This document shows, in pieces, positions 40,323 through 50,820 of a stretch of DNA of 64,000 nucleotides. The number at the start of each line of letters is the position of its first letter. Position 1 is the stretch's first letter. The stretch is from an uncultured Chloroflexota bacterium (GTDB lineage Bacteria; Chloroflexota; UBA11872): positions 3,499 to 67,498 of the forward strand of contig CAYRCL010000034.1 of the NCBI GenBank assembly GCA_964422795.1, in the 5' to 3' direction. A program made the translations under genes and the position numbers. Under the pieces are notes generated by a model. The model did not search any database. It was given only the letters and a program-made list of their open reading frames with translations, and was not told where the DNA came from.

Positions 40323-41627
40323 ATGGCCCCAAAGTCCACGGTATCGACAACCCGAATCGTAACCCCGGCTGCCCGCCTGCGTGGTGAAATCCAAGTTCCG
40401 GGCGATAAATCAATTACCCATCGAGGACTGCTACTTGGATCGATTGGGAATGGACGTTCGATAATTCGAGGCTGCAGCTTCGGTGCTGACACGCAAGCAA
40501 CCGTTGACGTTCTACGCGCTCTAGGCACCGACATCGAACATTCCAACGGCAATTGCCTGGTAACAGGTCAAGGCCTCTACGGACTCACTGAACCCACAAA
40601 CGTCTTAGATTGCGGAAACAGCGGGACAACGATGCGTTTAACCGCAGGCTTGCTCGCCGGCCGTCCACTTTTCGCGGTACTGACGGGCGACACATCGCTA
40701 CGTTCGCGTCCTATGGAGCGCATCATCAATCCACTCCGGGTTCTCGGCGCACGCATTGAAGGCCGTGCATCGGGAACTCTCGCACCTCTAACCATCAGCA
40801 CCAGCAAGCTGCGCGGGGCCGAACTCGATATCACCGTTGCCAGCGCTCAGGTTAAGTCGGCAATTACTCTCGCAGCGTTGCGAGCCGAAGGAACCACGCT
40901 GATCCGGCAACCTGCTCCATCACGCGACCACACTGAACGGATGCTCCTCGCTCAAGGGGCAAATCTTGCGAGCCTGGGTAATTGCCTCCAAATACATCCG
41001 TCCGAAAAACTCGGGCCACTGGATCTTGAAGTTCCAGGGGATATGTCATCTGCGGCATTTTGGATAGTTGCCGCACTACTCCATCCGGATGCCGAAGTTG
41101 CGATCCACAACGTAGGCCTAAACCGGTCTCGAACCGGACTACTTGAAATACTCCAAGCTATGGGAGGCGACATAGAGATCAGTGAGAGCACTGCAGGACC
41201 AGAGCCGATAGGAACGATTATCGCCAAATCATCAATCCTTACCCCCACCACTGTGCGTGGTGAGATGATCCCTCGTCTAATTGATGAGATCCCATTGCTT
41301 ACACTTGCCGCTGCCAGCGCATCTGGAGCATCACGGATTTCCGATGCTCAGGAACTGAGCCATAAGGAGTCTGATCGGCTCAAGACAACTGCCAACGCAC
41401 TAGCATCTGTTGGATTAAGCATTGAACTGATGCCAGATGGATTTACGATTGCAGGTCCACAACGTGCAGGGAGAGGGGAAATCGACCCCGAAGGGGACCA
41501 CCGAATTGCGATGCTAGCCGCAATCATTGGCATTACAGGAACCGGCCCCGTAACCATCGCCGGAAGTGATTCCGTGAACGTTTCGTATCCCATGTTCTGG
41601 GATGACGTAGCGAGACTCACCGTATGA
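40323..41627 (+). CDS. aroA: EPSP synthase
   Basis: PGDKSITHR, DCGNSGTTMR, SAQVKSA, RDHTERML, KESDR and DHRIAM. Confidence 0.97.
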   Translation: MAPKSTVSTTRIVTPAARLRGEIQVPGDKSITHRGLLLGSIGNGRSIIRGCSFGADTQATVDVLRALGTDIEHSNGNCLVTGQGLYGLTEPTNVLDCGNSGTTMRLTAGLLAGRPLFAVLTGDTSLRSRPMERIINPLRVLGARIEGRASGTLAPLTISTSKLRGAELDITVASAQVKSAITLAALRAEGTTLIRQPAPSRDHTERMLLAQGANLASLGNCLQIHPSEKLGPLDLEVPGDMSSAAFWIVAALLHPDAEVAIHNVGLNRSRTGLLEILQAMGGDIEISESTAGPEPIGTIIAKSSILTPTTVRGEMIPRLIDEIPLLTLAAASASGASRISDAQELSHKESDRLKTTANALASVGLSIELMPDGFTIAGPQRAGRGEIDPEGDHRIAMLAAIIGITGTGPVTIAGSDSVNVSYPMFWDDVARLTV

Positions 41628-42496
41628 GCAGGACTTATGCTGTGATCGGATGGCCGCTGGGTCACAGCCTCTCACCAATCATTCAACAGGCTGCGCTTAG
41701 CTCCATGAACCTAGATGCCAAATACATAGCACTCCCGACTCCACCAGGAGAAGAATCCGCTCGCTTTGACGATCTCCGGCAAGGGAAGCTCGACGGACTG
41801 AATATTACGATCCCGCATAAGCAAACTGCTTTCAATGTCGTAGATGCACACACTTCAGAAGCTGCAGTGCTTGGTGCTGTCAATACCATCGTCCGTGACG
41901 GACCCTACCTACGGGGCCACAACACGGATCTTTACGGATTCGACCAGGCACTGCGAACCTTCGGATCCTTTGACCCAACTGGCGTACAGGCAGTTGTACT
42001 TGGGGCCGGCGGATCCGCCCGTGCAATCGTATACGCCCTCGGGTTAGCCAACGCTCGGTCGATCGTTCTTGCCAATCGCACATCGGTCAACGCGCATGCT
42101 CTTGTTACCGCGATGGCGACGGCCATGGACATGAGCATCGAGGTACGCGCACTCGATGACCAACAACTACAAGAGGACATTGCAGCTTCCACACTATTGG
42201 TCAACACTACCAGTGTTGGAATGGCTGGCGGACCTGCCCCTGACCAATCACCTGTTCCGAAAAATTGGTTGCACGACCAACTATTGGTTTTCGATATCGT
42301 GTATCGACCGGTATTAACCCCGCTGGTTTCTCATGCTCAAGCGGCAGGCTCCCGTACGCTCGGCGGACTTGAGATGCTTGTGCTCCAAGGTGCTGCCAGT
42401 TTTAGGCAGTGGACCAAGCAAGAACCGCCGGTGGACCTAATGCTCAAAGTTGGCAGAAGAGCTCTGGCCAACGATTTACACAATGGAGCGAACTAA
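41624..42496 (+). CDS. aroE: Shikimate dehydrogenase
   Basis: HSLSP, NITIPHK, GAVNT, NTD, LGAGGSAR, DIVY and GLEMLVLQG. Confidence 0.96.
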   Translation: MSRTYAVIGWPLGHSLSPIIQQAALSSMNLDAKYIALPTPPGEESARFDDLRQGKLDGLNITIPHKQTAFNVVDAHTSEAAVLGAVNTIVRDGPYLRGHNTDLYGFDQALRTFGSFDPTGVQAVVLGAGGSARAIVYALGLANARSIVLANRTSVNAHALVTAMATAMDMSIEVRALDDQQLQEDIAASTLLVNTTSVGMAGGPAPDQSPVPKNWLHDQLLVFDIVYRPVLTPLVSHAQAAGSRTLGGLEMLVLQGAASFRQWTKQEPPVDLMLKVGRRALANDLHNGAN

Positions 42497-42499
42497 CCG

Positions 42500-43684
42500 A
42501 TGGGACACCTCCGCTACCTGACTGCTGGCGAATCGCATGGACCCGGATTGACCGTAATTGTGGAGGGTCTTCCGTTTGGAGTACCCCTTGAAGCTCACGA
42601 CATCAATCCCGACCTGTCGCGTCGCCAAGGTGGTTACGGCCGCGGCGGCCGCATGAAAATAGAACGTGACGTGGCAGAGATCAGAAGCGGCGTACGCCAC
42701 GGAGTAACCATTGGTAGCCCGATCACCCTATTGATCGAGAATCGTGACTGGGCAAACTGGGGCGAGAAGATGTCCATCGAACCAATCGAAGCTGAAATCC
42801 CACCAGTCACCAAACCTCGACCGGGTCATGCAGATCTCGCCGGCATGATCAAATACGGAACAAATGATTTACGGAATATTCTCGAACGCTCCAGCGCCCG
42901 CGAAACGACGGCACGGGTAGCTGCAGGAGCGATTGCTCGTAAGTTCCTGTCGGAATTAGACATTCAGATCCGTAGCCGGACTGCACGGATCGGATCGGTG
43001 CCTGACGAACCAGAGTTGGACCCATCCGAGCCATCAACCTGGCCCTGGGATGCTGTGGAAGCATCCCCGGTGCGCGCTATCACGCCGGACCAAGGAGAGG
43101 CAATGGTCGAAGAGATCGACAAAGCCCGTAAAAACGGCACCACACTCGGAGGCATATTTGAGGTTGTCGCTTGGAACATTCCGGTGGGATTAGGAAGTCA
43201 CGTGCACTGGGATCGAAAACTCGACGCAAAGTTGACCCAAGCCATCGTCAGCATTAACGCGGTCAAGGGTGTCGAGATAGGTCCAGCCTTTGCAAACGCT
43301 GCTGCGGACGGTCATGACGTCCACGACGAGATCACTATCGATTCCGAACGCGGTTGGACACGTCTCAACAACAAGGCAGGTGGACTTGAAGGTGGTATGA
43401 CGAACGGACAACCCGTGGTGGTAAGGGGGGCGCTCAAACCTATCTCCACGATGCGTCGCCGGCTAAGAACAGTGGACGTGGTAACCCTCGAGGCAACAAC
43501 CGCCCACTTTGAACGATCGGATGTTTGCGTTGTTCCATCCGCAGGCGTCATCGGGGAGGCCATGGTAGCGCTAGTCCTAGCTGATGCAGTGCTCGATAAA
43601 TTTGGAGGAGACAGCCTTACGGAAACGCAGGCGAGTGTGACACGTTTTCGACAAACCAATTCCGTGTCTCGACCGGATTCATGA
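42500..43684 (+). CDS. aroC: Chorismate synthase
   Basis: TAGESHG, RRQGGYGRGGRM, RPGHAD, ERSSARET and GGLEGGMTNG. Confidence 0.98.
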   Translation: MGHLRYLTAGESHGPGLTVIVEGLPFGVPLEAHDINPDLSRRQGGYGRGGRMKIERDVAEIRSGVRHGVTIGSPITLLIENRDWANWGEKMSIEPIEAEIPPVTKPRPGHADLAGMIKYGTNDLRNILERSSARETTARVAAGAIARKFLSELDIQIRSRTARIGSVPDEPELDPSEPSTWPWDAVEASPVRAITPDQGEAMVEEIDKARKNGTTLGGIFEVVAWNIPVGLGSHVHWDRKLDAKLTQAIVSINAVKGVEIGPAFANAAADGHDVHDEITIDSERGWTRLNNKAGGLEGGMTNGQPVVVRGALKPISTMRRRLRTVDVVTLEATTAHFERSDVCVVPSAGVIGEAMVALVLADAVLDKFGGDSLTETQASVTRFRQTNSVSRPDS

Positions 43685-44229
43685 CAGGGCCTATCGATGT
43701 GGAACGCATCTTCCTTGTCGGCCTCAGCGGAGCTGGTAAATCGATCACAGCAGAGCGAGCAGCCAAATTTCTGGGATGGCTATCAACCGATAGCGACTCC
43801 GAAATCATTCTTCGGGAAGGGCGATCCATCGAATCCATATTTAACGATGATGGCGAAGACGTTTTTCGCCAGACAGAACGTCAAGTCATCCAAGAAATGA
43901 GTGAACGACCATTCCAAGTCGTTGCCCTCGGTGGCGGAGCCTTTGTTGACCCAACCACCCGGAACAGCCTGCTAAAAATCGGCCTTGTGGTGTGGCTCGA
44001 TGTCGACCCTCTTGAAGCTGCACGACGGCTAGAAAACTCCCTGACGACCGAGCCGAGGCCACTTTTGGGGAATAACCCGGCAAAAAGACTTCAGGCCCTC
44101 CAGAAGCTTCGCATGCCTTCCTACAAACACGCGCATTGTCGAATTGATACAAATGGGTTAACCACCGACGAAGTAGCAAACGCGGTTGTTACTGCGGCGA
44201 AAGCTACGCAGACCACCGCGCACATCTGA
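43681..44229 (+). CDS. aroK: Shikimate kinase
   Basis: GLSGAGKS P-loop, GEDVFRQTE, LGGG and RPLL. Confidence 0.94.
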   Translation: MTGPIDVERIFLVGLSGAGKSITAERAAKFLGWLSTDSDSEIILREGRSIESIFNDDGEDVFRQTERQVIQEMSERPFQVVALGGGAFVDPTTRNSLLKIGLVVWLDVDPLEAARRLENSLTTEPRPLLGNNPAKRLQALQKLRMPSYKHAHCRIDTNGLTTDEVANAVVTAAKATQTTAHI

Positions 44230-45293
44230 TGCACGCGCTCGACGGCGTCATTATCGGACCAGGAACACTCAAAACCTTAGGTCCAGTTGTTACAGAGATC
44301 GCCCCTACTAACCGGGTATTTCTCTGCGCCGACAAAACCGTGATGACTCTTCTGGGCAGCCGAATTACAGACATTCTTGAGTCGGCCGGGCTTGAAGTTT
44401 GCAGTCGTAGTTTTGCTGCGGGTGAGAAAAGCAAGTCATTGGAGAGTGCATCTGACCTTTTCAACTGGCTCGCTTATCAAGAAGCAGAACGCCGTGAACC
44501 GCTAATTGCCCTCGGAGGAGGGGTTACAGGCGACCTCGTCGGCTTCGTGGCCGCAACATACAGCCGTGGCATTCCCTTAGTCCAGATTCCAACAACCCTT
44601 CTCGCTCAAATCGATAGCAGTATTGGTGGAAAGGTGGCCATTGATCTGGTAGCCGGGAAAAACCTCGTAGGTGCGTTTTATCCCGCAACCCGAGTTATCG
44701 TCGATCCGGAGGTTCTCGTATCACTCGACCGCCCACAGCTAATTGCCGACTACGCTGAGGTGGTTAAAACCGCCGTACTCTTCGATGCTGATATGTTCGC
44801 GCTTATTGAAAACTCGAAGAGCAGCCTCGACGACCAAGAGCTACTTGCGAACCTCATAGATCGGTGCATTCGGTGGAAAGCCAAGATCGTGGACCAAGAT
44901 CCGTCGGATCGTGGTCTTCGGGCAATACTCAATTACGGCCATACGATCGCGCACGCGATCGAGACCACCAGCGGATACGGAAAATATCGCCATGGCGAAG
45001 CCGTCGCTATGGGCATGGTAGGAGCCGGACAACTAGCGGTGCACACGGGCCGTTGGACCAAATCGGACGCTGATCGCCAAGAACAGCTCCTCCGCGACAT
45101 CGGATTGCCCGTACGCTTTCATGGCTCTACCGTAGACGAACTTTTGGACGCGATTCAACGAGACAAGAAGGTTCAGTCCGGACGGGTCCGTTGGGTCCTC
45201 CCTGATGCAATCGGAAGAGCTTCAATTGACGTCGACGTTGACGATCGGCTTGTCAAAAGCGTTCTCGTCGACCTGATGGAAGATTCGACGTAA
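44229..45293 (+). CDS. aroB: 3-dehydroquinate synthase
   Basis: GGGVTGD, PTTLLAQIDSSIGGK, KNLVGAF, LNYGHTIAHAIE and HGEAV. Confidence 0.97.
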   Translation: MHALDGVIIGPGTLKTLGPVVTEIAPTNRVFLCADKTVMTLLGSRITDILESAGLEVCSRSFAAGEKSKSLESASDLFNWLAYQEAERREPLIALGGGVTGDLVGFVAATYSRGIPLVQIPTTLLAQIDSSIGGKVAIDLVAGKNLVGAFYPATRVIVDPEVLVSLDRPQLIADYAEVVKTAVLFDADMFALIENSKSSLDDQELLANLIDRCIRWKAKIVDQDPSDRGLRAILNYGHTIAHAIETTSGYGKYRHGEAVAMGMVGAGQLAVHTGRWTKSDADRQEQLLRDIGLPVRFHGSTVDELLDAIQRDKKVQSGRVRWVLPDAIGRASIDVDVDDRLVKSVLVDLMEDST

Positions 45294-45368
45294 CTTACGT
45301 CTTCCTTTTTCACACTCAGCCGCCTAGAGGCCTTACCGTTATGTTAAGTTCAATGCGCAATTTCTCAG

Positions 45369-45400
45369 GTGCGTTGTGGTGTCGGACCGTCACAACGCAT
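45369..45400 (+). terminator. Long hairpin after the aro operon (possible terminator without a U-tract)
   Basis: GUGCGUUGUGGUG pairs with CGUCACAACGCAU (13 bp, with G-U pairs valid on the + strand). Confidence 0.5.
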
Positions 45401-45526
45401 AAATCCTCTTATTGTCTGGAACCCAAACTATTCAAACAGTCGGGTGAATTCGTCACACGTCCGCTATCAACCTGCCTTCCGCGAACCTACAATCCTGAGC
45501 GCATAGGATAGCCATACAAATAAATC

Positions 45527-46339
45527 ATGGAAGCACTGGGACGCGCAATCGCCATTGCTATCGCATTGCTCGCCGCATTCAGCGCAGCAGCATGGGTAGC
45601 CGCCTTCGTTTGGTCACTTCAAGACGTACGCCGTCGCACCGAGGACATTTACGTCCAATTGTTTGCATCACTCCTCGTCCTACTACTTGGACCGTTTGGC
45701 GTTGTGTTGTATCTCATCCTTCGCCCCGCTGAAACCTTGAACGACCTGTATCTTCAACATCTTCAAGAACAGTCGATTCTCCAAGAAGTAGTCGAACCCA
45801 GCACCCCGATATCAATCCATAGTGTCGACGGCATCGAGGCACAGATTGGGCAAAACGTATACATCGCCCCAGGTGTACAACTCATAGGCGATGTGCGCAT
45901 CGCAGACGACGTCAACATTTGGCACAACACCGTCATCCGTGCAGATCTTGCTCCCATTTCGATTGGACGCGGGACGAACATCCAAGACAGCTGCGTCCTG
46001 CACGTCGACACCAATCGTCCACTTGTCATCGGCTCCGACGTAACGGTGGGGCATATGGCAATGCTGCATGCCTGCACAATCGCTGACGAATGCTTGATCG
46101 GAATACAGTCCACATTACTTAGCGGATCCGTCATTCATCGACACTCGATCGTAGGTGCCGCCGCCCTAGTCGGAGAAGGCAAAGAATTTGAAGAACGAAA
46201 CTTGATTCTCGGAGTGCCGGCACGCGCCGTACGAACCACTACGGAGAATGAAGTGTTTGAATTGATCGTTGAACGTGCTCGCGAATACCGAGTATCGGCA
46301 GCACGCACACTACGACTCGCACGCACATCAGCAACCTAA
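45527..46339 (+). CDS. Fusion of an N-terminal membrane domain and a gamma-carbonic anhydrase family domain (left-handed beta-helix)
   Basis: Two to three TM helices (WSLQDVRRR...LYLILRP), then hexapeptide repeats with IRAD, NIQD and the three metal-ligand His (LHVD, VGH, MLHA). Confidence 0.88.
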   Translation: MEALGRAIAIAIALLAAFSAAAWVAAFVWSLQDVRRRTEDIYVQLFASLLVLLLGPFGVVLYLILRPAETLNDLYLQHLQEQSILQEVVEPSTPISIHSVDGIEAQIGQNVYIAPGVQLIGDVRIADDVNIWHNTVIRADLAPISIGRGTNIQDSCVLHVDTNRPLVIGSDVTVGHMAMLHACTIADECLIGIQSTLLSGSVIHRHSIVGAAALVGEGKEFEERNLILGVPARAVRTTTENEVFELIVERAREYRVSAARTLRLARTSAT

Positions 46340-46342
46340 ACA

Positions 46343-47500
46343 ATGCGGATTGTCTCTGTCACGCCACTCCAGTGCTCAAACGGATGGGCTACTTGGACCT
46401 TCGTCCGTATCGAATCTGACGACAGCCACGTGGGTTATGGCGAATGCAGCGATTGGCAAATGGCCAACGCGCTGGCAGGCGGCATACATGACCTCGGGGA
46501 AGTGATCATCGGTAAAGATCCAAGACGCGTTCAAGCTCTGACGGCCGACATGACATTCCATCTACGCCAAAACGTCGGTGGTGTCGGGCAGAAAGCTCTC
46601 GCAGGCATTGAGGCTGCACTATGGGATCTCAAGGGTCAGGCTCACGCAACATCAATCACTGACTTACTGGGGGGAGCGACCCGTGACCGCATTCGCCTTT
46701 ATTGGTCGCATTGCGGCTCATACCGCATCAGATATCCGAAATTGCTTGGAACACCACCGATCAATTCATGGTCCGACCTGTCCATACTGGGAAAAGAGGT
46801 GGTTAGCCGAGGATATACAGCGCTCAAAACCAACCCGTTTCTTCCTGGAGATCCCCAGCATTTTCATTTCGCCCAACCAACAGACGGAAACCTGGAACGC
46901 AACGATCTTCGCGTGATAGTCCGCCAAATTGAGACGCTTCGCGAAGCCGTTGGCCAAGAGGTTGATATTTGTTTGGACTTAAATTTCCGATTCCGGCCAT
47001 CAGCGGTGATTAGCATCGCCGAAGCACTTCGACCATATGAGTTGCTCTGGATCGAGTACGACAGTTACGACCGTGACGCACTCTCTTATATCCGGCAGTC
47101 AATCACAACACCCCTCTGCTCCGGTGAAAACCTGGTGACGATGTCAGACTACAATCGCTTTTTCCACTCCGGCTCTATGGATATAGCAATGGTGGACGTG
47201 GCGTGGAACGGGATTAGTCAATCGATTCGCATAGCCGAACTCGCTTCAAACCACGAGATTCAAGTAGCGCCTCACAACTACTACAGCCATATATCAACGT
47301 TTATGTGCGCCCATATGGCAGCTGTGGTGACCAACCTACGGATCATGGAAACCGACGTGGATTCGGCGCCATGGCGAGACGAGCTTGTCACCGTCACACC
47401 GACGATAAAAGACGGCTGGCTTTACCCTCCGAACGAACCCGGACTCGGAACGGCACTAGACGAAGACGCTCTAGCAGCACATCCACCCCGATCCACGTAG
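46343..47500 (+). CDS. Mandelate racemase/muconate lactonizing (enolase superfamily) dehydratase
   Basis: GYGE, IEAALWDLKG, LLGG, GYTALK, metal ligands DLN / WIE / SGE, and APHN. Confidence 0.92.
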   Translation: MRIVSVTPLQCSNGWATWTFVRIESDDSHVGYGECSDWQMANALAGGIHDLGEVIIGKDPRRVQALTADMTFHLRQNVGGVGQKALAGIEAALWDLKGQAHATSITDLLGGATRDRIRLYWSHCGSYRIRYPKLLGTPPINSWSDLSILGKEVVSRGYTALKTNPFLPGDPQHFHFAQPTDGNLERNDLRVIVRQIETLREAVGQEVDICLDLNFRFRPSAVISIAEALRPYELLWIEYDSYDRDALSYIRQSITTPLCSGENLVTMSDYNRFFHSGSMDIAMVDVAWNGISQSIRIAELASNHEIQVAPHNYYSHISTFMCAHMAAVVTNLRIMETDVDSAPWRDELVTVTPTIKDGWLYPPNEPGLGTALDEDALAAHPPRST

Positions 47501-47703
47501 ACGAGCACCCAAAACCGATAGAGGAATTACTGAAACCATAGCTCTCACCATACGGCTCTTGGATTCATCGTCTCATCGCGTGGGCAATGATTGCATCGAT
47601 AAACAAACATGGACGATGCGTAAGAATTCGGTCGTCCCGCCAACTTTGATTTCGACTTCGGTGTAGGCTCTCAGGTCAGTTCATCACAACATTCGGTGAC
47701 CGC

Positions 47704-49038
47704 TTGCAGACCGACGCCACCAAAATCGACCGGACATTACTGGGACGGATTTTCCCAATCGGATCGCACCGAGATTCCCAAGGAATATTGATTATAGGGG
47801 GCGTGCCCGTCACCCGACTCGTTGACGAACACGACTCACCACTGTACGTATTTGACGAAGAAACGATTCGGTCTCAGTGTCGCGCCTACACCACACCCTT
47901 AACTAGCAATTATCCAGATAGCCTCGTGCTTTACGCTGCGAAAGCGCATGCCGACCCGACTGTCGCATCCATCGTAGCCAGCGAGGGACTTGGGATGGAT
48001 ACCGTATCGAGCGGAGAGATCCGGGTGGGCCTTGCCGGAGGAATGCCACCCGAACGTATGGTGTTCCATGGCAACAACAAACTGGAACGAGAGATCGAAT
48101 ATGCATTAGCAGTTGGAATCGGACGAATAGTCGCGGACAGCCTCGACGAACTTGACCTGATTGAAGATGTAGCCAAGCGTCGCGAACAAATTGCACCAGT
48201 CATACTGCGGATCACCCCAGGGGTAGAGGCTCATACACACGACTACATACGAACCGGAGCGATCGACAGCAAGTTTGGACTTCCACTGGAATCGGGGGCT
48301 GCGGAAGCCGCCGTTGAGCGCGCGATGCACGCATCCTGCATTGACTTAACCGGTTTACACGCTCATATCGGATCTCAGGTCTTTGACCTCGAACCCTATG
48401 CGGACACCGTTAACATCATCCTAGATTTCGCGTTGGAGATGAAGCACCGTTATGGTCTGAACCTACGGGACTTCAGCCCAGGAGGAGGGTTCGGGATTTG
48501 CTACGGAGAATCCGATGACCCACCAGATGCTAATGAGTTCGTGACAACAATATCCCACGCCATTGACCAGCGAAACGTGACGCCCAAACCCAGACTCCTT
48601 ATCGAGCCGGGGAGATCAATCATTGCACGTTCCGGTGTAGCCCTTTATCGAGTGGGTACTATCAAAGATATCCCGGGCGTCCGAACATACGTATCGATCG
48701 ACGGTGGCATGGCTGACAACATCCGACCAGCGCTGTACGGCGCTCAATACAGTGCAGTCATCGCAAATCGCGTGTCGGCAAACAAGCTCGAGACCGTAAC
48801 GGTCGCTGGCCGATACTGTGAGTCGGGCGACGTCGTTCTTCGAGACATCACTCTCCCACCGATGGTACGCGGCGACATCCTGGCAATACCAGCGGCAGGT
48901 GCATACCACATGGCCATGGCAAGCAACTACAATCTCGTCGGTCGCCCCGCAACCATACTCGTCAACGACGGAACCGTTCGTGTTACACGACCGCGCGAGA
49001 CAGATGAGGATTTACTGCTCGGGTTTTCCCAACCCTAA
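47704..49038 (+). CDS. lysA: Diaminopimelate decarboxylase
   Basis: YAAKA (PLP Lys), HGNNK, SKFG, HAHIGSQ, EPGRS, CESGD, GAY and SNYN. Confidence 0.96.
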   Translation: MQTDATKIDRTLLGRIFPIGSHRDSQGILIIGGVPVTRLVDEHDSPLYVFDEETIRSQCRAYTTPLTSNYPDSLVLYAAKAHADPTVASIVASEGLGMDTVSSGEIRVGLAGGMPPERMVFHGNNKLEREIEYALAVGIGRIVADSLDELDLIEDVAKRREQIAPVILRITPGVEAHTHDYIRTGAIDSKFGLPLESGAAEAAVERAMHASCIDLTGLHAHIGSQVFDLEPYADTVNIILDFALEMKHRYGLNLRDFSPGGGFGICYGESDDPPDANEFVTTISHAIDQRNVTPKPRLLIEPGRSIIARSGVALYRVGTIKDIPGVRTYVSIDGGMADNIRPALYGAQYSAVIANRVSANKLETVTVAGRYCESGDVVLRDITLPPMVRGDILAIPAAGAYHMAMASNYNLVGRPATILVNDGTVRVTRPRETDEDLLLGFSQP

Positions 49039-49041
49039 ACT

Positions 49042-49527
49042 CTAGCGTGGCGGCGGATCAGCCTGCAGTGCGTCCCTATAAGCATCAATAACACGTTGCA
49101 CTTCCGCTTCATCCACCCCTGGTTGGCGACCATCGCCGATTGCTCGAAACCTATCGGCTAAATTCCATGCAATTTCATCATCCGCCAGGTCCGCATATCG
49201 CGGAACAAGGTGTGCATGCATATGGGGAACGCTTTCACCAAACGCCACGATGTAGGTACGCGGCGCCCCAGTCACGACTTCCAAAGTACGCATGAAATGC
49301 CGCAGCGCTGGGCCAAAATTTTCGCATTCAGCATCGTTGAACCGGGCTGGACCCTGTACATGCCGTTGTGGCTGGAGCAGAAACCACCCAGCCAATGGAA
49401 ACGGAGATCCCGTATGGTGAACCATCCAGAGATCATTCGCAAAAACGACTCCACCAGCCGACTCGGCCTCTCCCGCGTTAGATCGGCAGATTCCACAATC
49501 AGCTTCGTATGACGAGTGTCTCACCAT
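49042..49527 (-). CDS. HIT-family protein
   Basis: N-terminal CxxC, PQRHV and HMHAHLVPR. Confidence 0.85.
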   Translation of the reverse strand: MVRHSSYEADCGICRSNAGEAESAGGVVFANDLWMVHHTGSPFPLAGWFLLQPQRHVQGPARFNDAECENFGPALRHFMRTLEVVTGAPRTYIVAFGESVPHMHAHLVPRYADLADDEIAWNLADRFRAIGDGRQPGVDEAEVQRVIDAYRDALQADPPPR

Positions 49528-49562
49528 AACTTCCTTCCTCTATTTTCTGTCTTCAAACCAAA

Positions 49563-50075
49563 TCATGCCACGGAGTTCGGGTCAAAGACATCTCCACGTC
49601 CATAAGCTGTCCGCCTGATAATTGACGACTCGTCCGTTGACACAACCAATTGGCCATCCACAAGACGTATTGGCAGCCGATCCATCGGGCGCTGAGCCGG
49701 CCCCCTGAGGATCGCACCGCTGATATCAAATTTTGAGAGGTGGCATGGACATTCGAAAATGCCCTCTTTCGGAGGAGGAATCGTACAGCCAAGATGGGGA
49801 CACTGCCGATAGAGCGCAACAAACCCTCTAGAACTACGAACCATATAGAACTTACCCTCCATCCACTGTTTAACCTCGTTAACTTCGTAGTCCGACGGAA
49901 ACCCAGCCACTACGCTCGACTTCGAAGCAACGAAATCCGGTGAGATGATCCGCCTCCACACGATGACACCAACAACCCCTATTGAGGCTAGAAACCCTGG
50001 CACCACAACGCTGCGTCTTGATACACGATTGGCCGCACACCTCTGATCCCCGGCTGACTCAACACCACTAGCCAT
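49563..50075 (-). CDS. Membrane-anchored Rieske [2Fe-2S] protein
   Basis: SRRSVV plus a TM helix, then CPHLGC, CPCHLSKF and GPAQRPM. The start is uncertain; ATG 50075 overlaps the gatD end. Confidence 0.88.
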   Translation of the reverse strand: MASGVESAGDQRCAANRVSRRSVVVPGFLASIGVVGVIVWRRIISPDFVASKSSVVAGFPSDYEVNEVKQWMEGKFYMVRSSRGFVALYRQCPHLGCTIPPPKEGIFECPCHLSKFDISGAILRGPAQRPMDRLPIRLVDGQLVVSTDESSIIRRTAYGRGDVFDPNSVA

Positions 50076-50820
50076 CCCGCTTGCCGACCCCAGCAACACG
50101 CAGAGCGCTCCTATGTGCTGCCCACTCGACCTCATCGTTCAATGGGCCCATCGGTGCACCAGGTGCGACGCGAGCCAGAGCCGATGCGATCAAATGGTCC
50201 GCCAAATGAGGGTTCTTGGGAAGCACCGGTCCATGCAAGTATGTGCCAATTGCAGCATCCGTAATTGCACCTTCCGTACCATCTTCCGAATTGTTTCCGT
50301 GGCCGCAAACGACACGACCCAAAGGCTCTGCATGTGGACCAAGATAGGTTCGCCCACCGTGGTTTTCAAAACCGACAAGGTAATTGGATCCCCATTCACA
50401 CACTACGTTTCCAATGCATCGCCGTACATCTGGTCCAGGGTGAACCGTCTCCGCGTCGAATACACCCAATCCCTTTAATTGGCTTCCATCGGCGGTCCGG
50501 TACCCGCGAGCCATAAGCTGGTATCCACCACAAACAGCAAGCATCCCAGCACCAGCGCCAAGATCCGAAAGAATTTGATCAGCAGTGCGTGACAAAAGGG
50601 CCTTACTCGCCAGCACTTGTTGACGATCCTGGCCACCACCAATCACGTAAAGGTCAGCACTCTGATCCAGACTCTGATCCCATTCCAGAAAACGTATATC
50701 CGGAACGATCCCACGCCACTCACATCTCCGACGTAAACAGACCACATTGCCCCAATCCGCGTACAGATTCATCAAATCCGGGTACAGATAAACAATACGC
50801 AGTCTCGGTCCAGAGCGCAT
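50068..50820 (-). CDS. gatD: Lipid II isoglutaminyl synthase glutaminase subunit GatD (CobQ-like)
   Basis: LYPDLMNLYAD.GN, GGGQDRQQ, AVCGGYQ, GFENHGGRT and TYLHGP; TGATG overlap with murT. Confidence 0.92.
   Translation of the reverse strand: MRSGPRLRIVYLYPDLMNLYADWGNVVCLRRRCEWRGIVPDIRFLEWDQSLDQSADLYVIGGGQDRQQVLASKALLSRTADQILSDLGAGAGMLAVCGGYQLMARGYRTADGSQLKGLGVFDAETVHPGPDVRRCIGNVVCEWGSNYLVGFENHGGRTYLGPHAEPLGRVVCGHGNNSEDGTEGAITDAAIGTYLHGPVLPKNPHLADHLIASALARVAPGAPMGPLNDEVEWAAHRSALRVAGVGKRDG

Noticed and set aside
47501-47703. Lysine riboswitch upstream of lysA
   Set aside because: Only a stray AGAGG is present. I saw no recognisable multi-stem aptamer or expression platform.
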